The position numbers were made by a program, and so were the translations under genes. This document shows positions 19,701 to 28,228 of a stretch of 64,000 nucleotides of DNA, in pieces. Origin of the DNA: an uncultured Candidatus Sumerlaeota bacterium (GTDB lineage: Bacteria; Sumerlaeota; Sumerlaeia; SLMS01); contig CAYTGM010000013.1 in assembly GCA_964437365.1 (NCBI GenBank), positions 22,815 through 86,814 on the forward strand, given 5' to 3'. Within the stretch, counting starts at the first letter, position 1; each line of letters opens with the position of its first letter. The notes under the pieces are model-generated. The model saw only the letters and a list, made by a program, of their open reading frames with translations. It had not been told where the DNA came from and made no database searches.

Positions 19701-20302
19701 ACCTGAGCAATCTTCGCGAATGGGATGGAGAGATTTCCGACTTCTGGATTGAACCTTCGATTGGCTTTCTTCAGACACTCAACCTCGACCGAGTGGAACT
19801 CCTGCCTGGTGAAAAACCAGAAGACTGGGCGGAAGGCGTTTGGGAATATAACAGCAACTTCGACAAGGAAGGCTGGATATCAGTGGAAGGAACTCTGCTG
19901 GATGCCGTAGATTCTGGAAACTTTATTATTGTTCCCTCAGGGAATGGGCTCCTTCAGCAACAGAGTCCACGCATACGCGTCAATGCAGCGACTCATCCGT
20001 TTATTTCTATTCGCATGAAGAATATGTCGTCTTCAACTTCCGCAAGGTTATTCTGGACGACGGATAACGAGTTTCTCTTCGACGAACAGAATCAATTTAC
20101 TTTTGCAATCAGCAGTAATGATGAAGAAATGCAGGAGTACCATCTGGACCTGAGCCAGGTTCCAGGGTGGAAGGGTTTTGTCCGTGAAGTCTCTATACGT
20201 CCTCACTTAGACGTTTCTGGAGTCGTTGAAATTGATCGCATTGCTCTTGAGGTCGATGAAAGTCTGACTGTTACGGGATCGGACTCATTCTTTATATACT
20301 GA
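16748..20302 (+). CDS. Large secreted GH42-like protein with four repeated accessory modules
   Basis: Signal peptide; DYSRWSEQEFRDWL...IGDLNSQYGTSFPDFDSITPP is GH42-like; candidate nucleophile in WGIFEYNP; four W-start modules and one Fn3-like domain; ends TGSDSFFIY. Confidence 0.6.
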   Translation: MKYLTKALVASLSFGSVASYGAPDDERYMDNHYFFPIGGWNRASIDQFRESALVQTNGEEPENIKLGTVEVVNWFMNHTQGSYYDYIYEPWYPDFGLGGGFADRGWEINRAMELSIDKNIRFGSSANGTPWGDTTDQSLDVLINYLEIADGPDGPGSYLQRDRTGNFRFSGTTQDPTIDEGVPAGEVNSGIPAQLEMQLTLSRNAEFVQEYWKRNLLQSMRIFQWYREQHPDLTVFVSGSSEVAQNIHMNIDFADYSRWSEQEFRDWLQGTGLYGDEAQFATIGDLNSQYGTSFPDFDSITPPTTVNWSNGSWWRKWHEFRINQVYELVQLQNTLAVEAGISPDRVYGHQQPGPLNDPGNDTYAKYAAPYSATFTHSSGDGITTYLEDASDRDLFEAMRESDPNWGIFEYNPIQLDNNGLRKATLEEAREALSAAWDYTCRILSPYLWDGGGPSSPIGVYTVVGAPFEQAIQEWIKEHENDDLTDGFDHQWHPESRDLVWEMNDENDVESTDFLEPVDYSGGRLSAVTRSEYSRISLLLTEDNPASLDSSKFHEFGFRMKYANRTNYGTGKLLWRTESGSVHYLDFEPLSGEHLYRFNLAHHPGWQHEKITEISIIPAGKGNVEFNLYWAALVASHSWTFDNPEEVYGASNFESWTVSNGYFQGVSSDAPGDSFFGLSTDRNDFLEDADRVVIDADRRKIVKVKINSSSAGFCELFWWHREDEFGDFNMQGNIPVIEGDQTLEIDLSNHPEWTGKITRLRIDPVNVANAEFEIDSILIVPDLLSPRPMVDEMILNTSSPYFEWDAPMDSAGEQVFYEVQVGEDFEFSTLIYTADELDSASHIADLQTFDGAAWWRVRSYTVSGRKSDWCHPMPIFIRPWTMDRSNDVRAAFDFQFSGTENGVWSGSGGLGTERVYFNNGSDRGARLNAEIYRQIRIDGFVSVDNPSVDATLFWTNAADKQFADRRTHSLRFQLPGRNETPVTIIDLSNLREWDGEISDFWIEPSIGFLQTLNLDRVELLPGEKPEDWAEGVWEYNSNFDKEGWISVEGTLLDAVDSGNFIIVPSGNGLLQQQSPRIRVNAATHPFISIRMKNMSSSTSARLFWTTDNEFLFDEQNQFTFAISSNDEEMQEYHLDLSQVPGWKGFVREVSIRPHLDVSGVVEIDRIALEVDESLTVTGSDSFFIY

Positions 20303-20338
20303 TACTTTGCTGACTCATGAATGACTGAAATTGATGAT

Positions 20339-21145
20339 TTAGACGTGGCGCCAACCAGCAGGGCGCCCCGTCTTTATCTCTTTACAGTCCTTGCAGATAA
20401 TGGCATCCAGTTCCCAAAGCTCAGCTCGCTGCCTTGAGTAGCGGATGATGAGCTTATCGTCCTTTGTCATGGTTTTCGGATGCACAAAGTTGTCGGCGAG
20501 CACACTCGCTGGACCTCGCAGGACTCGAATTTCAATCTCAGAAGTTTCATTGAGGACAAGGTGGTTGGTGGACTCAGTTGAGTTGTTGAAGGCCAGTCCT
20601 ATTCCAACCCGTGTCACGGAATTCGTAATGGATCGATAGTAAGCAGAAGACCCAAACGGAGTTGCGACAACAACCCCATCTCCAACAATCTCTGAGCTAT
20701 ATACGATACCATCAATTGTTACGCTATACCGGACGGCGCTCGCAGCGTTTGAGTTATGAAAGACGATATCGTTAATGGCGTAAAGTTTTTCGTCATTAAA
20801 TTCAGCCGTGAGACGAGGAAGCTGGGTGATCTGATAGGTGCCACCCTGAAGTTTAGCGATAACCTTATCGAGTTTATGCTGCTCGCATTTCTGATACGAT
20901 TCGCATCTGCGGATAGGCAGTTTAGGAATATTTGGAAAATCTCTGTCTGAACCAATAAGAGAACCATCCCCGCCATAAGTAATAATAAGGTCCGGAGAAT
21001 CGCTGACGTTGACCAGCTGAAACCCGCCCTCTTCAAGGGCAGTTTCCACTCTTGGTGAGCTATCACCTAAAAGAGCAATCCTTCTGGGCTTCTTATGAGG
21101 TCCGGTACTTCCGCGGTCGACGTCGCTGGTTTGAATCGAGCTCAT
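20339..21145 (-). CDS. nadK: NAD(+) kinase
   Basis: GGDGS motif, AIND, GDGVVVATPFGSSAY. Confidence 0.88.
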   Translation of the reverse strand: MSSIQTSDVDRGSTGPHKKPRRIALLGDSSPRVETALEEGGFQLVNVSDSPDLIITYGGDGSLIGSDRDFPNIPKLPIRRCESYQKCEQHKLDKVIAKLQGGTYQITQLPRLTAEFNDEKLYAINDIVFHNSNAASAVRYSVTIDGIVYSSEIVGDGVVVATPFGSSAYYRSITNSVTRVGIGLAFNNSTESTNHLVLNETSEIEIRVLRGPASVLADNFVHPKTMTKDDKLIIRYSRQRAELWELDAIICKDCKEIKTGRPAGWRHV

Positions 21146-21154
21146 ATCGGCTCA

Positions 21155-21295
21155 TTAAAGGAGCTTAGTAGCCGCCAATGCGATCGTTGCGATAATAGCG
21201 ATCACAATTCCCGCAACCCAGGCGCTGTTCATTGCTGACTTTGCTAATTTAGCTCGGCGTTCAAGTTCACTACCGTTTTCTTGTGTTTCAGACAT
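21155..21295 (-). CDS. 46-aa single-pass membrane protein (absent from the ORF track)
   Basis: MSETQENGSELERRAKLAKSAMNSAWVAGIVIAIIATIALAATKLL; SD-like AAGGTGA upstream; fills the rne-nadK gap in the same orientation. Confidence 0.65.
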   Translation of the reverse strand: MSETQENGSELERRAKLAKSAMNSAWVAGIVIAIIATIALAATKLL

Positions 21296-21339
21296 ATCCG
21301 ATCACCTTTCCTGTCAGACGGATTGAAAAAGTGGAGAAG

Positions 21340-23985
21340 CTATTCTTCGGTCTTCTTTTTCCGAGTCGTTTTGCGAGGCGATGAAGACCTGGTCCTTTTT
21401 GTGGTACTGGAGGTCCCAGAGGCACTAGTTTTTTTTGCTCTTGTTGTCTTTTTTCCAGCTGGTTCTTCCTGTTCGGAGTCTGCCTTCTTGCGGGCAGGAG
21501 CCTTGGAAGCACTCTTTCTGGCGGTTGAACTCGTAGTGGTAGCAGGCTTCCGGGTAGTCTTGCGTGGCCGACCTGCGGGTTTCTTTTCTGCCGCTTTACT
21601 AGAGGGTTTATCGGCTGTTTCTTTCGAAGCGTCTGAATCGGCCGGTTCAGTGGCCGTTGTGCTTTCTTTGGCTGCGTCTGCCTTTGTCTTTCTCGCTCGA
21701 GTTGTCGTCGAAGTTTTCTTCGTTCTTCTCGTTTGACGTTTCTTGGGCTTTTCTTCTGATTCTTTCTTATCGGGTTCTTCGATCGTTGATGGTGTCTCTT
21801 TACTGGCTGTGTCGGATTCGATCTTCGGCTGGGGAATCCCCTTAATTTGTTCTTCGATCTGATCCAGCATCGATTCCAGGTAGTCCAGCTTACCACCGGT
21901 ATTCTTCTTGGGAAGAGTTAACTTTGGAAGTGAAGCCAGTTCTTCTGCTTTCTTTTCACTAAGCTCCAGATGCTTTTTCGAAGCATCGGAACCAGGATTG
22001 GCTGACACTTCTTGAGACTCCTGCTGTTCGGATGTTTGCCGACGTCTATCACGTCCTCCGCGACTTCCGCGTCTCGTTCTTCTTCGAGAACCCTTCTCTT
22101 TTTCATCGGACCCTTCTTTTGGATCCTGCACGGGCTCTTCAGGCTCTACTTTTAACTGAGTGGATTCAGGTTTATCTTTGACTCGTGAACCACGTTGGCC
22201 ACGGCGCCTTGAGGGGCGTTTGCCCGAGTTGTTCTTGCGATCATTTTTCTCATCAAGAAGCTCTGATTCCGGTATGATCGCATCATCTTCCAGATCATCC
22301 TGAACTTCTTGCAGATCAACTACATCGAGGAGGTCTTCTGCGAGTGCTTCTGGTTCTTCGATGTTTTCCTGCATCGGAAGTTCCTGATCAAGTACAGCTG
22401 AAGACGGGAGACGTAGTGGCTCTGAAGAGTCGATCTTAATCGGAGTGAGTGCAAATTCTTCGAGGTGCAGATCGGCATCACTCCTGAAGATAATATCGCA
22501 GTGATGTTCTACCTTAACCGTTTCGAAATATAGACGATATTTTGAATTCAGCCTTTCTACGACTCTTGGGTGTGCTGAAACAACAACACCTTTAGACTTG
22601 TCGCTGGAAGCAAGGCTCTTCAGCACCTCATACTTAATTCTTCTAAAGACCTCTGCAAGCTTGAGAACCATTCCCTCACCTTTACAGTAGGGGCACTCAT
22701 CATAAACCTGGTTTTTCAGGCTCATTTTTCGTCGCTTGCGCGTGAGCATCATCAGGCCAAAGTCGCCGATGCGACCAACAGCATACTTCGCACGGTCCTT
22801 CCGAATCTGTCTTCTCAACTCCTCAGCAACTCGTTCCTGATTTTGTCGGGAGAGCATATCGATAAAATCGATGACAATGATTCCGCCGATATCGCGAAGT
22901 CGGATCTGTTCAGCAATCGCCTCGCAGGCTTCAAGATTGGTTTTGAGGCTGGTTTTTTCTTGATCTTTCTTTCCGGTAAAGCGTCCGGTATTTACGTCTA
23001 TAGCGCTAAGAGCTTCGTTCTCATCAACAATCAGATACCCACCGCTCTTCAGCCAGTATTTTCTGGAAAGCGATTTTTCGATCTGTTTCTCAGCTCCGTA
23101 GTACTCGAGAATATTCTCTGTTTTCGAGTAGACTTTAACACTCCCCTGCTTTTCTGGCATAATTTCACTGAGGTGAAGCCTGACCTCTGCAGCATCGGCG
23201 GAGTTATCGCAAATAACTTCCTCAAAGTCGGCAGGAAAAGCATCTCTTACGAGCCGCGTAATCAAATCATGGTCGTTATAGACAAGACCGGGAGCTCGAA
23301 GCTTCTTGTATTTCTCAAGAATGCTTTGCCAGATATGCTCAAGATTACTTGCATCCTTCTGCAGGGCGGTTTCATTCTGGTCAATGCCGGCAGTTCGAAT
23401 GATGAACGAGTGATCTTTTGATTTAAGGCTGGAAAGGAGTTTTTTGAGGCGAAAGCGATCCTGGCCAACAGCGATCTTCCGGGAAACACCTCCGTCCTGG
23501 CCCGGGAAGGGTAACATAACCAGGTAGCGTCCCGCTATAGACAGGTTACCGGTGACTCTTGGGGCCTTGCCACCTATTTCATCTTTAACGACTTGAACTA
23601 TAATATCATCCCCCTTTTTTAATGGGGGCGCGGCCTGTGGAGCCGAAGGATCCTGGCGAGGCCTTCTTCCTTTTCGTTCTATACGGCCGGTTGAGACCGT
23701 TTTCTCAGAGGCTGTCCGCATAGCGGAGAGTTGATCTTTCGATCCTAGAACGAGTGATTCTGCTCGGACATCCATAAAATGGAGAAAGAGGTTTCTCTCA
23801 AGCCCGACGTCAACGAAAGCGGCCTGAAGTCCAGGGACTACGTCCTGTACTTTTCCTCGGTAGATGTTATTAACGATGGACTGTTCATCGAATTTTTCGG
23901 TGTGTAATTCAACGAGCTTCTGCCCTTCAAGAAAGGCAACTCGTAATCCTGATTCTTCGCGGTTGATCAAAATGCGATATGGCAT
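21340..23985 (-). CDS. rne: RNase E/G family ribonuclease with long disordered C-terminal tail
   Basis: NIYRGKVQDVVPGLQAAFVDVG (S1), IDVNTG, GGIIVIDFIDM, CPYCKGEG zinc link; Arg-rich and Lys/Thr-rich tail. Confidence 0.9.
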   Translation of the reverse strand: MPYRILINREESGLRVAFLEGQKLVELHTEKFDEQSIVNNIYRGKVQDVVPGLQAAFVDVGLERNLFLHFMDVRAESLVLGSKDQLSAMRTASEKTVSTGRIERKGRRPRQDPSAPQAAPPLKKGDDIIVQVVKDEIGGKAPRVTGNLSIAGRYLVMLPFPGQDGGVSRKIAVGQDRFRLKKLLSSLKSKDHSFIIRTAGIDQNETALQKDASNLEHIWQSILEKYKKLRAPGLVYNDHDLITRLVRDAFPADFEEVICDNSADAAEVRLHLSEIMPEKQGSVKVYSKTENILEYYGAEKQIEKSLSRKYWLKSGGYLIVDENEALSAIDVNTGRFTGKKDQEKTSLKTNLEACEAIAEQIRLRDIGGIIVIDFIDMLSRQNQERVAEELRRQIRKDRAKYAVGRIGDFGLMMLTRKRRKMSLKNQVYDECPYCKGEGMVLKLAEVFRRIKYEVLKSLASSDKSKGVVVSAHPRVVERLNSKYRLYFETVKVEHHCDIIFRSDADLHLEEFALTPIKIDSSEPLRLPSSAVLDQELPMQENIEEPEALAEDLLDVVDLQEVQDDLEDDAIIPESELLDEKNDRKNNSGKRPSRRRGQRGSRVKDKPESTQLKVEPEEPVQDPKEGSDEKEKGSRRRTRRGSRGGRDRRRQTSEQQESQEVSANPGSDASKKHLELSEKKAEELASLPKLTLPKKNTGGKLDYLESMLDQIEEQIKGIPQPKIESDTASKETPSTIEEPDKKESEEKPKKRQTRRTKKTSTTTRARKTKADAAKESTTATEPADSDASKETADKPSSKAAEKKPAGRPRKTTRKPATTTSSTARKSASKAPARKKADSEQEEPAGKKTTRAKKTSASGTSSTTKRTRSSSPRKTTRKKKTEE

Positions 23986-24305
23986 TGCGTATAAAATTTC
24001 CTTTTAGATCCAACACGTCTATAATTTGAGCGCATCTTCCTTCTCTCGAATTCTGAGAGAAAGGTGCTGCCCATCGGTTGGATAAAATGTTTGGTCTCAA
24101 AGTGATGACTGAATTAACTTTTAATTGCTTCATTCAAATCTCTTAAACTTCAAGAACTGGTAGAACATGATCTTCTAATTGCCAGTTCACATTGGGAGTT
24201 AAGGGTTTCCAGGCAAGGCGCTGCAATAACAAACTTCCCTTAATTCAATCAAACAGATGGAATTTATCAGAACTGAACCGGAAACTTTCGAGCTTGAGAG
24301 AGAAT

Positions 24306-25178
24306 TCACTCGGGCTTTCCTGCTGGTGAAGGTGAAGATGAAACACCAAACTGCTCAAGAGATAGCCCTCCGAAAGTATTGCTCTGGGATCGAGCGCGCA
24401 AGCGGTCCATATACTCAGATTCATCTTCCCGTGCCGTTGTTAGAAGGTATCGACGTCCCTTTTCCAAGAGCTGGGGCGGATAAATCTGCTCAATGAACGC
24501 ATTCTCGAGATCCGTTCTCCATACGCGACGCTCTAGAAACCAGCGCCCGGGAGGGAGAACGAATTGTTCTACCATTCCGGGTGAATGCAGGACTGTAAGA
24601 TCGCTGATCTCACTGCCTTTACCATCAGGATCATCAACCAGAACAAACCGATACGCAGTCCTCAATTGGTTGAAAGTTGTCTGGAGTTCTATTAACGCAC
24701 CCGATGATGACTGAACACTGGAGATGAGGCCTCGGTCATCGAGACCAGGTTGGTTAACGAAACGAGGATCTTTTCGCGGAAGAACTCGGAGCTTATCAAG
24801 TCCTTCAAGCCCTGCGAGCTTTTCATAAGCAATATTAGCAACTTCGTCCTTTGCGTCATCGTCAGCAGGGGGTGTGCGCCAGTTTGAAGTCGTCGGAATT
24901 AGAATCGTCGATCCAGATGTGAAAGGTTGGGCCGGTCGTTCAATCACACTACCTTCTTCGGGCTGAAGGCTGAATATTTCACCGATTTGAAGAGAAGGCT
25001 CCTGCGCCTGACCTGCATAGGCAATTGCGAGTATTGTGGCTGTAAGGCTGATGAAGTACTTCCAGCTGACTTTTGAGAAATGGGGCCCAAATTGGGCGCT
25101 TTTAGACAAATGAATCATGGAATGCTCTTCAAGTTCCGATCCCCTGTAAACTTCAGGGAGCTTATGTAATAATCTCAA
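24306..25178 (-). CDS. Hypothetical exported protein (true start uncertain, probably downstream of the ORF-track start)
   Basis: Long ORF with a signal-like stretch YFISLTATILAIAYAGQA; no recognised family. Confidence 0.6.
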   Translation of the reverse strand: MRLLHKLPEVYRGSELEEHSMIHLSKSAQFGPHFSKVSWKYFISLTATILAIAYAGQAQEPSLQIGEIFSLQPEEGSVIERPAQPFTSGSTILIPTTSNWRTPPADDDAKDEVANIAYEKLAGLEGLDKLRVLPRKDPRFVNQPGLDDRGLISSVQSSSGALIELQTTFNQLRTAYRFVLVDDPDGKGSEISDLTVLHSPGMVEQFVLPPGRWFLERRVWRTDLENAFIEQIYPPQLLEKGRRYLLTTAREDESEYMDRLRARSQSNTFGGLSLEQFGVSSSPSPAGKPE

Positions 25179-25263
25179 GATAACCTCTTGCGATAGAATT
25201 TAGGATGTGCTGGTTTGTGGTCAAAGAAGAATCTCTACCGAAACAAACTATCAGGGGTCTTAA

Positions 25264-27114
25264 ATGTCTGCGTTGGATATTAATGGAATTCTTAAAGAGG
25301 CAGCGGAAAAAGGTGCGTCGGATATCTACCTTGCAGCCGATGCTGCTCCGTGCATGGCGAAGGATGGTAGCTACTATGGGCTATCCTCCGGTGGCAATCG
25401 TCGCCTGAGCGAAGAGGATACTGTAGAACTTGCTAAGCAAATCACCTCGAATCGGCAGTGGAAAGAGTTTGAAGAGCGACTCGAGCTCAACATGGCATAT
25501 AGCAATGACAATGTTGGCAGATTTCGTGTAAATATATTCTGGCAGCGAGGCACTGTAGCGCTCGTTTGTCGAAGGGTAACTTTGGACATTCCTACTCTGA
25601 GAGACCTTGGCCTGCCACCTAAGTTACGAGAGATTGCTCTGATGGATCGTGGCATTGTCTTGATCACCGGTGCAACCGGACAGGGAAAATCTTCGACTCA
25701 AGCCAGCATGATAGACTATCGGAACCACATCACCTCGGGACACATTGTGACGATTGAAGACCCTGTGGAATTCATTTATCGCCACCGCCGATCTATTGTA
25801 ACCCAAAGAGAAGTGGGTATAGACACACTGAGTTTCCACGAAGCACTTCGAAATACTATGAGACAAGCACCTCAAGTTATTTGTATCGGTGAGCTTCGTG
25901 ACGATGAAACGGTAAAATTCGCTCTCCATGCGGCAGAGACAGGACACCTTGTGTTTGCAACCCTGCACTCGACGAATTCCAGGCAGGCTATCGAAAGAAT
26001 TCTAAACTTCTACCCCACTTCTTCCCATGAACAGATCCTGAAACAGCTCTCTATTAACCTGAATGCAATCATCTGCCAAAGGCTTGTTCCCTCCACAAAA
26101 GGTGGACGGGCGCTTGCCATCGAAATTCTTCTGAATACTCCTCGTATGCAAGATCTTATTGGAAAGGGGCAGCTTGGAACGATTCCGCAGGCTTTGGCGG
26201 CAGAGAATCAGGATGGTATCGTCAACTTTGATAGATCTCTATACAAGCTTGTCAAACGTGGCATTATCACTGAAGAGGATGCGATACAAGCATCAGAATC
26301 GCAGAATGACCTGCAGATGAAATTTCGGGGTATTGGAATCCAGTCCGGTTCCTCTTGGGAAGACACGAGTGATCCCTGGAAGTCTATAGAGGGACCCTAT
26401 GAACCTCCCGAGAATCAGGCGGCGCTTCGTCGATTTGATCGTGCCCAGCAGCAATACCGAAATGAAACACAATACAGAGATCCTGAGCCAACATCTGCGA
26501 GAAAACAACAGATCAGTCCCGGAATGAACCCTCAGGTGCAGGAACCCCAGAAAGTTCCTGCCGCCCACGAGCCCCAACGACCCTCTGAGCCTTCTCCACC
26601 TGCAGCACATCATAGGGAGGTCCCGAAGTCCGGAAATATCGTTGTCACCCCGCCCCCTCCTCAAGTTTCAAGACCCGCTCCAGAGGAAGCAGCGTCTGAA
26701 AATCAGGTTTCAGTACAGAAAAAAGTAAAGCCGGCGACAAGTTCTCGCATTCAAAACGAAACTCGCGAAAGGCTCCCCGGTGACAGGCGAGGTCTGGCGC
26801 CTCTATCAGGAGGTGAGGCCAAACCGCTTACACCACCAAGTCATCAGAAACCCCAGGTACCAGGGAACCCGGCTGCGCGCCAGCCCACCGGTTTTTCTCA
26901 GCCACGGCCAGGATCAGCGCCTGCCCCTTTCAAGGGTCGTTCTCGATCGCCAGAGTCGCAACCGGCTCCATTCAATAAAGCCCAGGATCAGTCGTCCAGT
27001 TCAGGAAACCCTCTAGATGATTTGTCTGATTTCGACTATGAGGAAGATGTTAGACCCCCTAAGGCAAGTGATCTGAAAAAACATATACAACCTCCTCCGG
27101 ATGCAGATCATTAA
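25264..27114 (+). CDS. pilU: PilT/PilU-family type IV pilus ATPase with Pro-rich C-terminal extension
   Basis: ASDIYL, RFRVNIF, GATGQGKSST Walker A, TIEDPVE, QREVG, GELRD, ETGHLVFATLH. PilU versus PilT is tentative. Confidence 0.8.
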   Translation: MSALDINGILKEAAEKGASDIYLAADAAPCMAKDGSYYGLSSGGNRRLSEEDTVELAKQITSNRQWKEFEERLELNMAYSNDNVGRFRVNIFWQRGTVALVCRRVTLDIPTLRDLGLPPKLREIALMDRGIVLITGATGQGKSSTQASMIDYRNHITSGHIVTIEDPVEFIYRHRRSIVTQREVGIDTLSFHEALRNTMRQAPQVICIGELRDDETVKFALHAAETGHLVFATLHSTNSRQAIERILNFYPTSSHEQILKQLSINLNAIICQRLVPSTKGGRALAIEILLNTPRMQDLIGKGQLGTIPQALAAENQDGIVNFDRSLYKLVKRGIITEEDAIQASESQNDLQMKFRGIGIQSGSSWEDTSDPWKSIEGPYEPPENQAALRRFDRAQQQYRNETQYRDPEPTSARKQQISPGMNPQVQEPQKVPAAHEPQRPSEPSPPAAHHREVPKSGNIVVTPPPPQVSRPAPEEAASENQVSVQKKVKPATSSRIQNETRERLPGDRRGLAPLSGGEAKPLTPPSHQKPQVPGNPAARQPTGFSQPRPGSAPAPFKGRSRSPESQPAPFNKAQDQSSSSGNPLDDLSDFDYEEDVRPPKASDLKKHIQPPPDADH

Positions 27115-27289
27115 ATGTGAGATTTATAATCAGAGAGCTGGTGAAGAAAGCTACCTCCCCTTGGTCCGGTGATGCATCAGTAGTCCAGGCGGCAAATTAG
27201 TGGTTGAGCCCCCCAGAGTTGAATCCGCTAGGTTCAACATTCGTTGCAGCGAATGAGCATAGATAAGCACTCAAAGATGGAGAGAGACT

Positions 27290-28228
27290 TTGGCCTCGAA
27301 CGGAAAAAAACTGGTTATTGGAGTAGATGGGGGCGGTACGAAGACACATGGTATCCTGTACCTTGAAGATGGGACAACGCTCGCTGAAGATCACTTCGGC
27401 AGCTCAAACCCGCATTCAAACTCTGAGGATGTCGTCAGGAAAAACCTTCACGGATTGTTTGATTCACTGATAAAGAAAGCAGATGAATCTTTTGACAATA
27501 TCGATGGTGTTTGTCTTGGTATGGCAGGTTGCGATCGACCCGCTGATAAGAAGTTCATCGAAGACATCGTGAAGGAAAAAGTCGGTGAAGAAAAGCGGCT
27601 TCTGGTTGTTAATGATGCCGTTGTTGCGATGGTCGCCGTGCTTGAGAAGTTACACGGAATTCTGATCATTTCGGGCACAGGATCTATATGCTTCGGCTTC
27701 AATAACCGAACAGGTGAACGAGGCCGATGTGGTGGATGGGGGCATATTCTTGCCGATGAGGGGTCAGGGTATAAGATCGGCCTGCGTGCGATCCAGGAAA
27801 TCATGAAATCCTATGATGGGCGAATCGGAAGTACTTCTCTGACAAAGCGGTTCCTCAAGCACCTTGACTTAAACGACCCTTCTGATTTCATCGGATGGAC
27901 TTATATGGGAGGAAATGGCAAAACCGAGATTGCAGACCTCGGCAAAATTGTACATGAAGAAGCAGAGTTGGGTGATGAAGTTGCACAAGGAATTATCCTT
28001 GAGCAGGCTGAGGAACTCTCTCAGATAGTAGCTCCTGTATATAAAAAGCTCTTCGATGAAGGTGAAGTTGTTGAGTTAGCGCTCTGGGGAGGCAATTTGC
28101 TGAATGTCCAAAACTTTCAAAACGCCTTCAAAGAAAAACTTGCTGAGCACAATCTCCCACTTAAACCAGTCACAAGAGAAGCAAAGGCAGTCGTAGGTGC
28201 AGCAAAGCACATTTTAAACAGTCTGTGA
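27290..28228 (+). CDS. BadF/BadG/BcrA/BcrD-family ATPase (N-acetylglucosamine kinase-like)
   Basis: GVDGGGTKT, VVNDA, ISGTGS, GGWGHILADEGSG. Confidence 0.88.
   Translation: MASNGKKLVIGVDGGGTKTHGILYLEDGTTLAEDHFGSSNPHSNSEDVVRKNLHGLFDSLIKKADESFDNIDGVCLGMAGCDRPADKKFIEDIVKEKVGEEKRLLVVNDAVVAMVAVLEKLHGILIISGTGSICFGFNNRTGERGRCGGWGHILADEGSGYKIGLRAIQEIMKSYDGRIGSTSLTKRFLKHLDLNDPSDFIGWTYMGGNGKTEIADLGKIVHEEAELGDEVAQGIILEQAEELSQIVAPVYKKLFDEGEVVELALWGGNLLNVQNFQNAFKEKLAEHNLPLKPVTREAKAVVGAAKHILNSL

Noticed and set aside
21281-21896. Overlapping ORFs 21281..21736 (+) and 21288..21896 (-)
   Set aside because: Shadow frames of the low-complexity rne tail.
27190-27260. Hairpin-rich intergenic stretch with GGTTCAAC, resembling a tRNA T-arm or small RNA
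   Set aside because: No cloverleaf, acceptor stem, anticodon arm or CCA could be built; no recognisable riboswitch or glmS ribozyme consensus.
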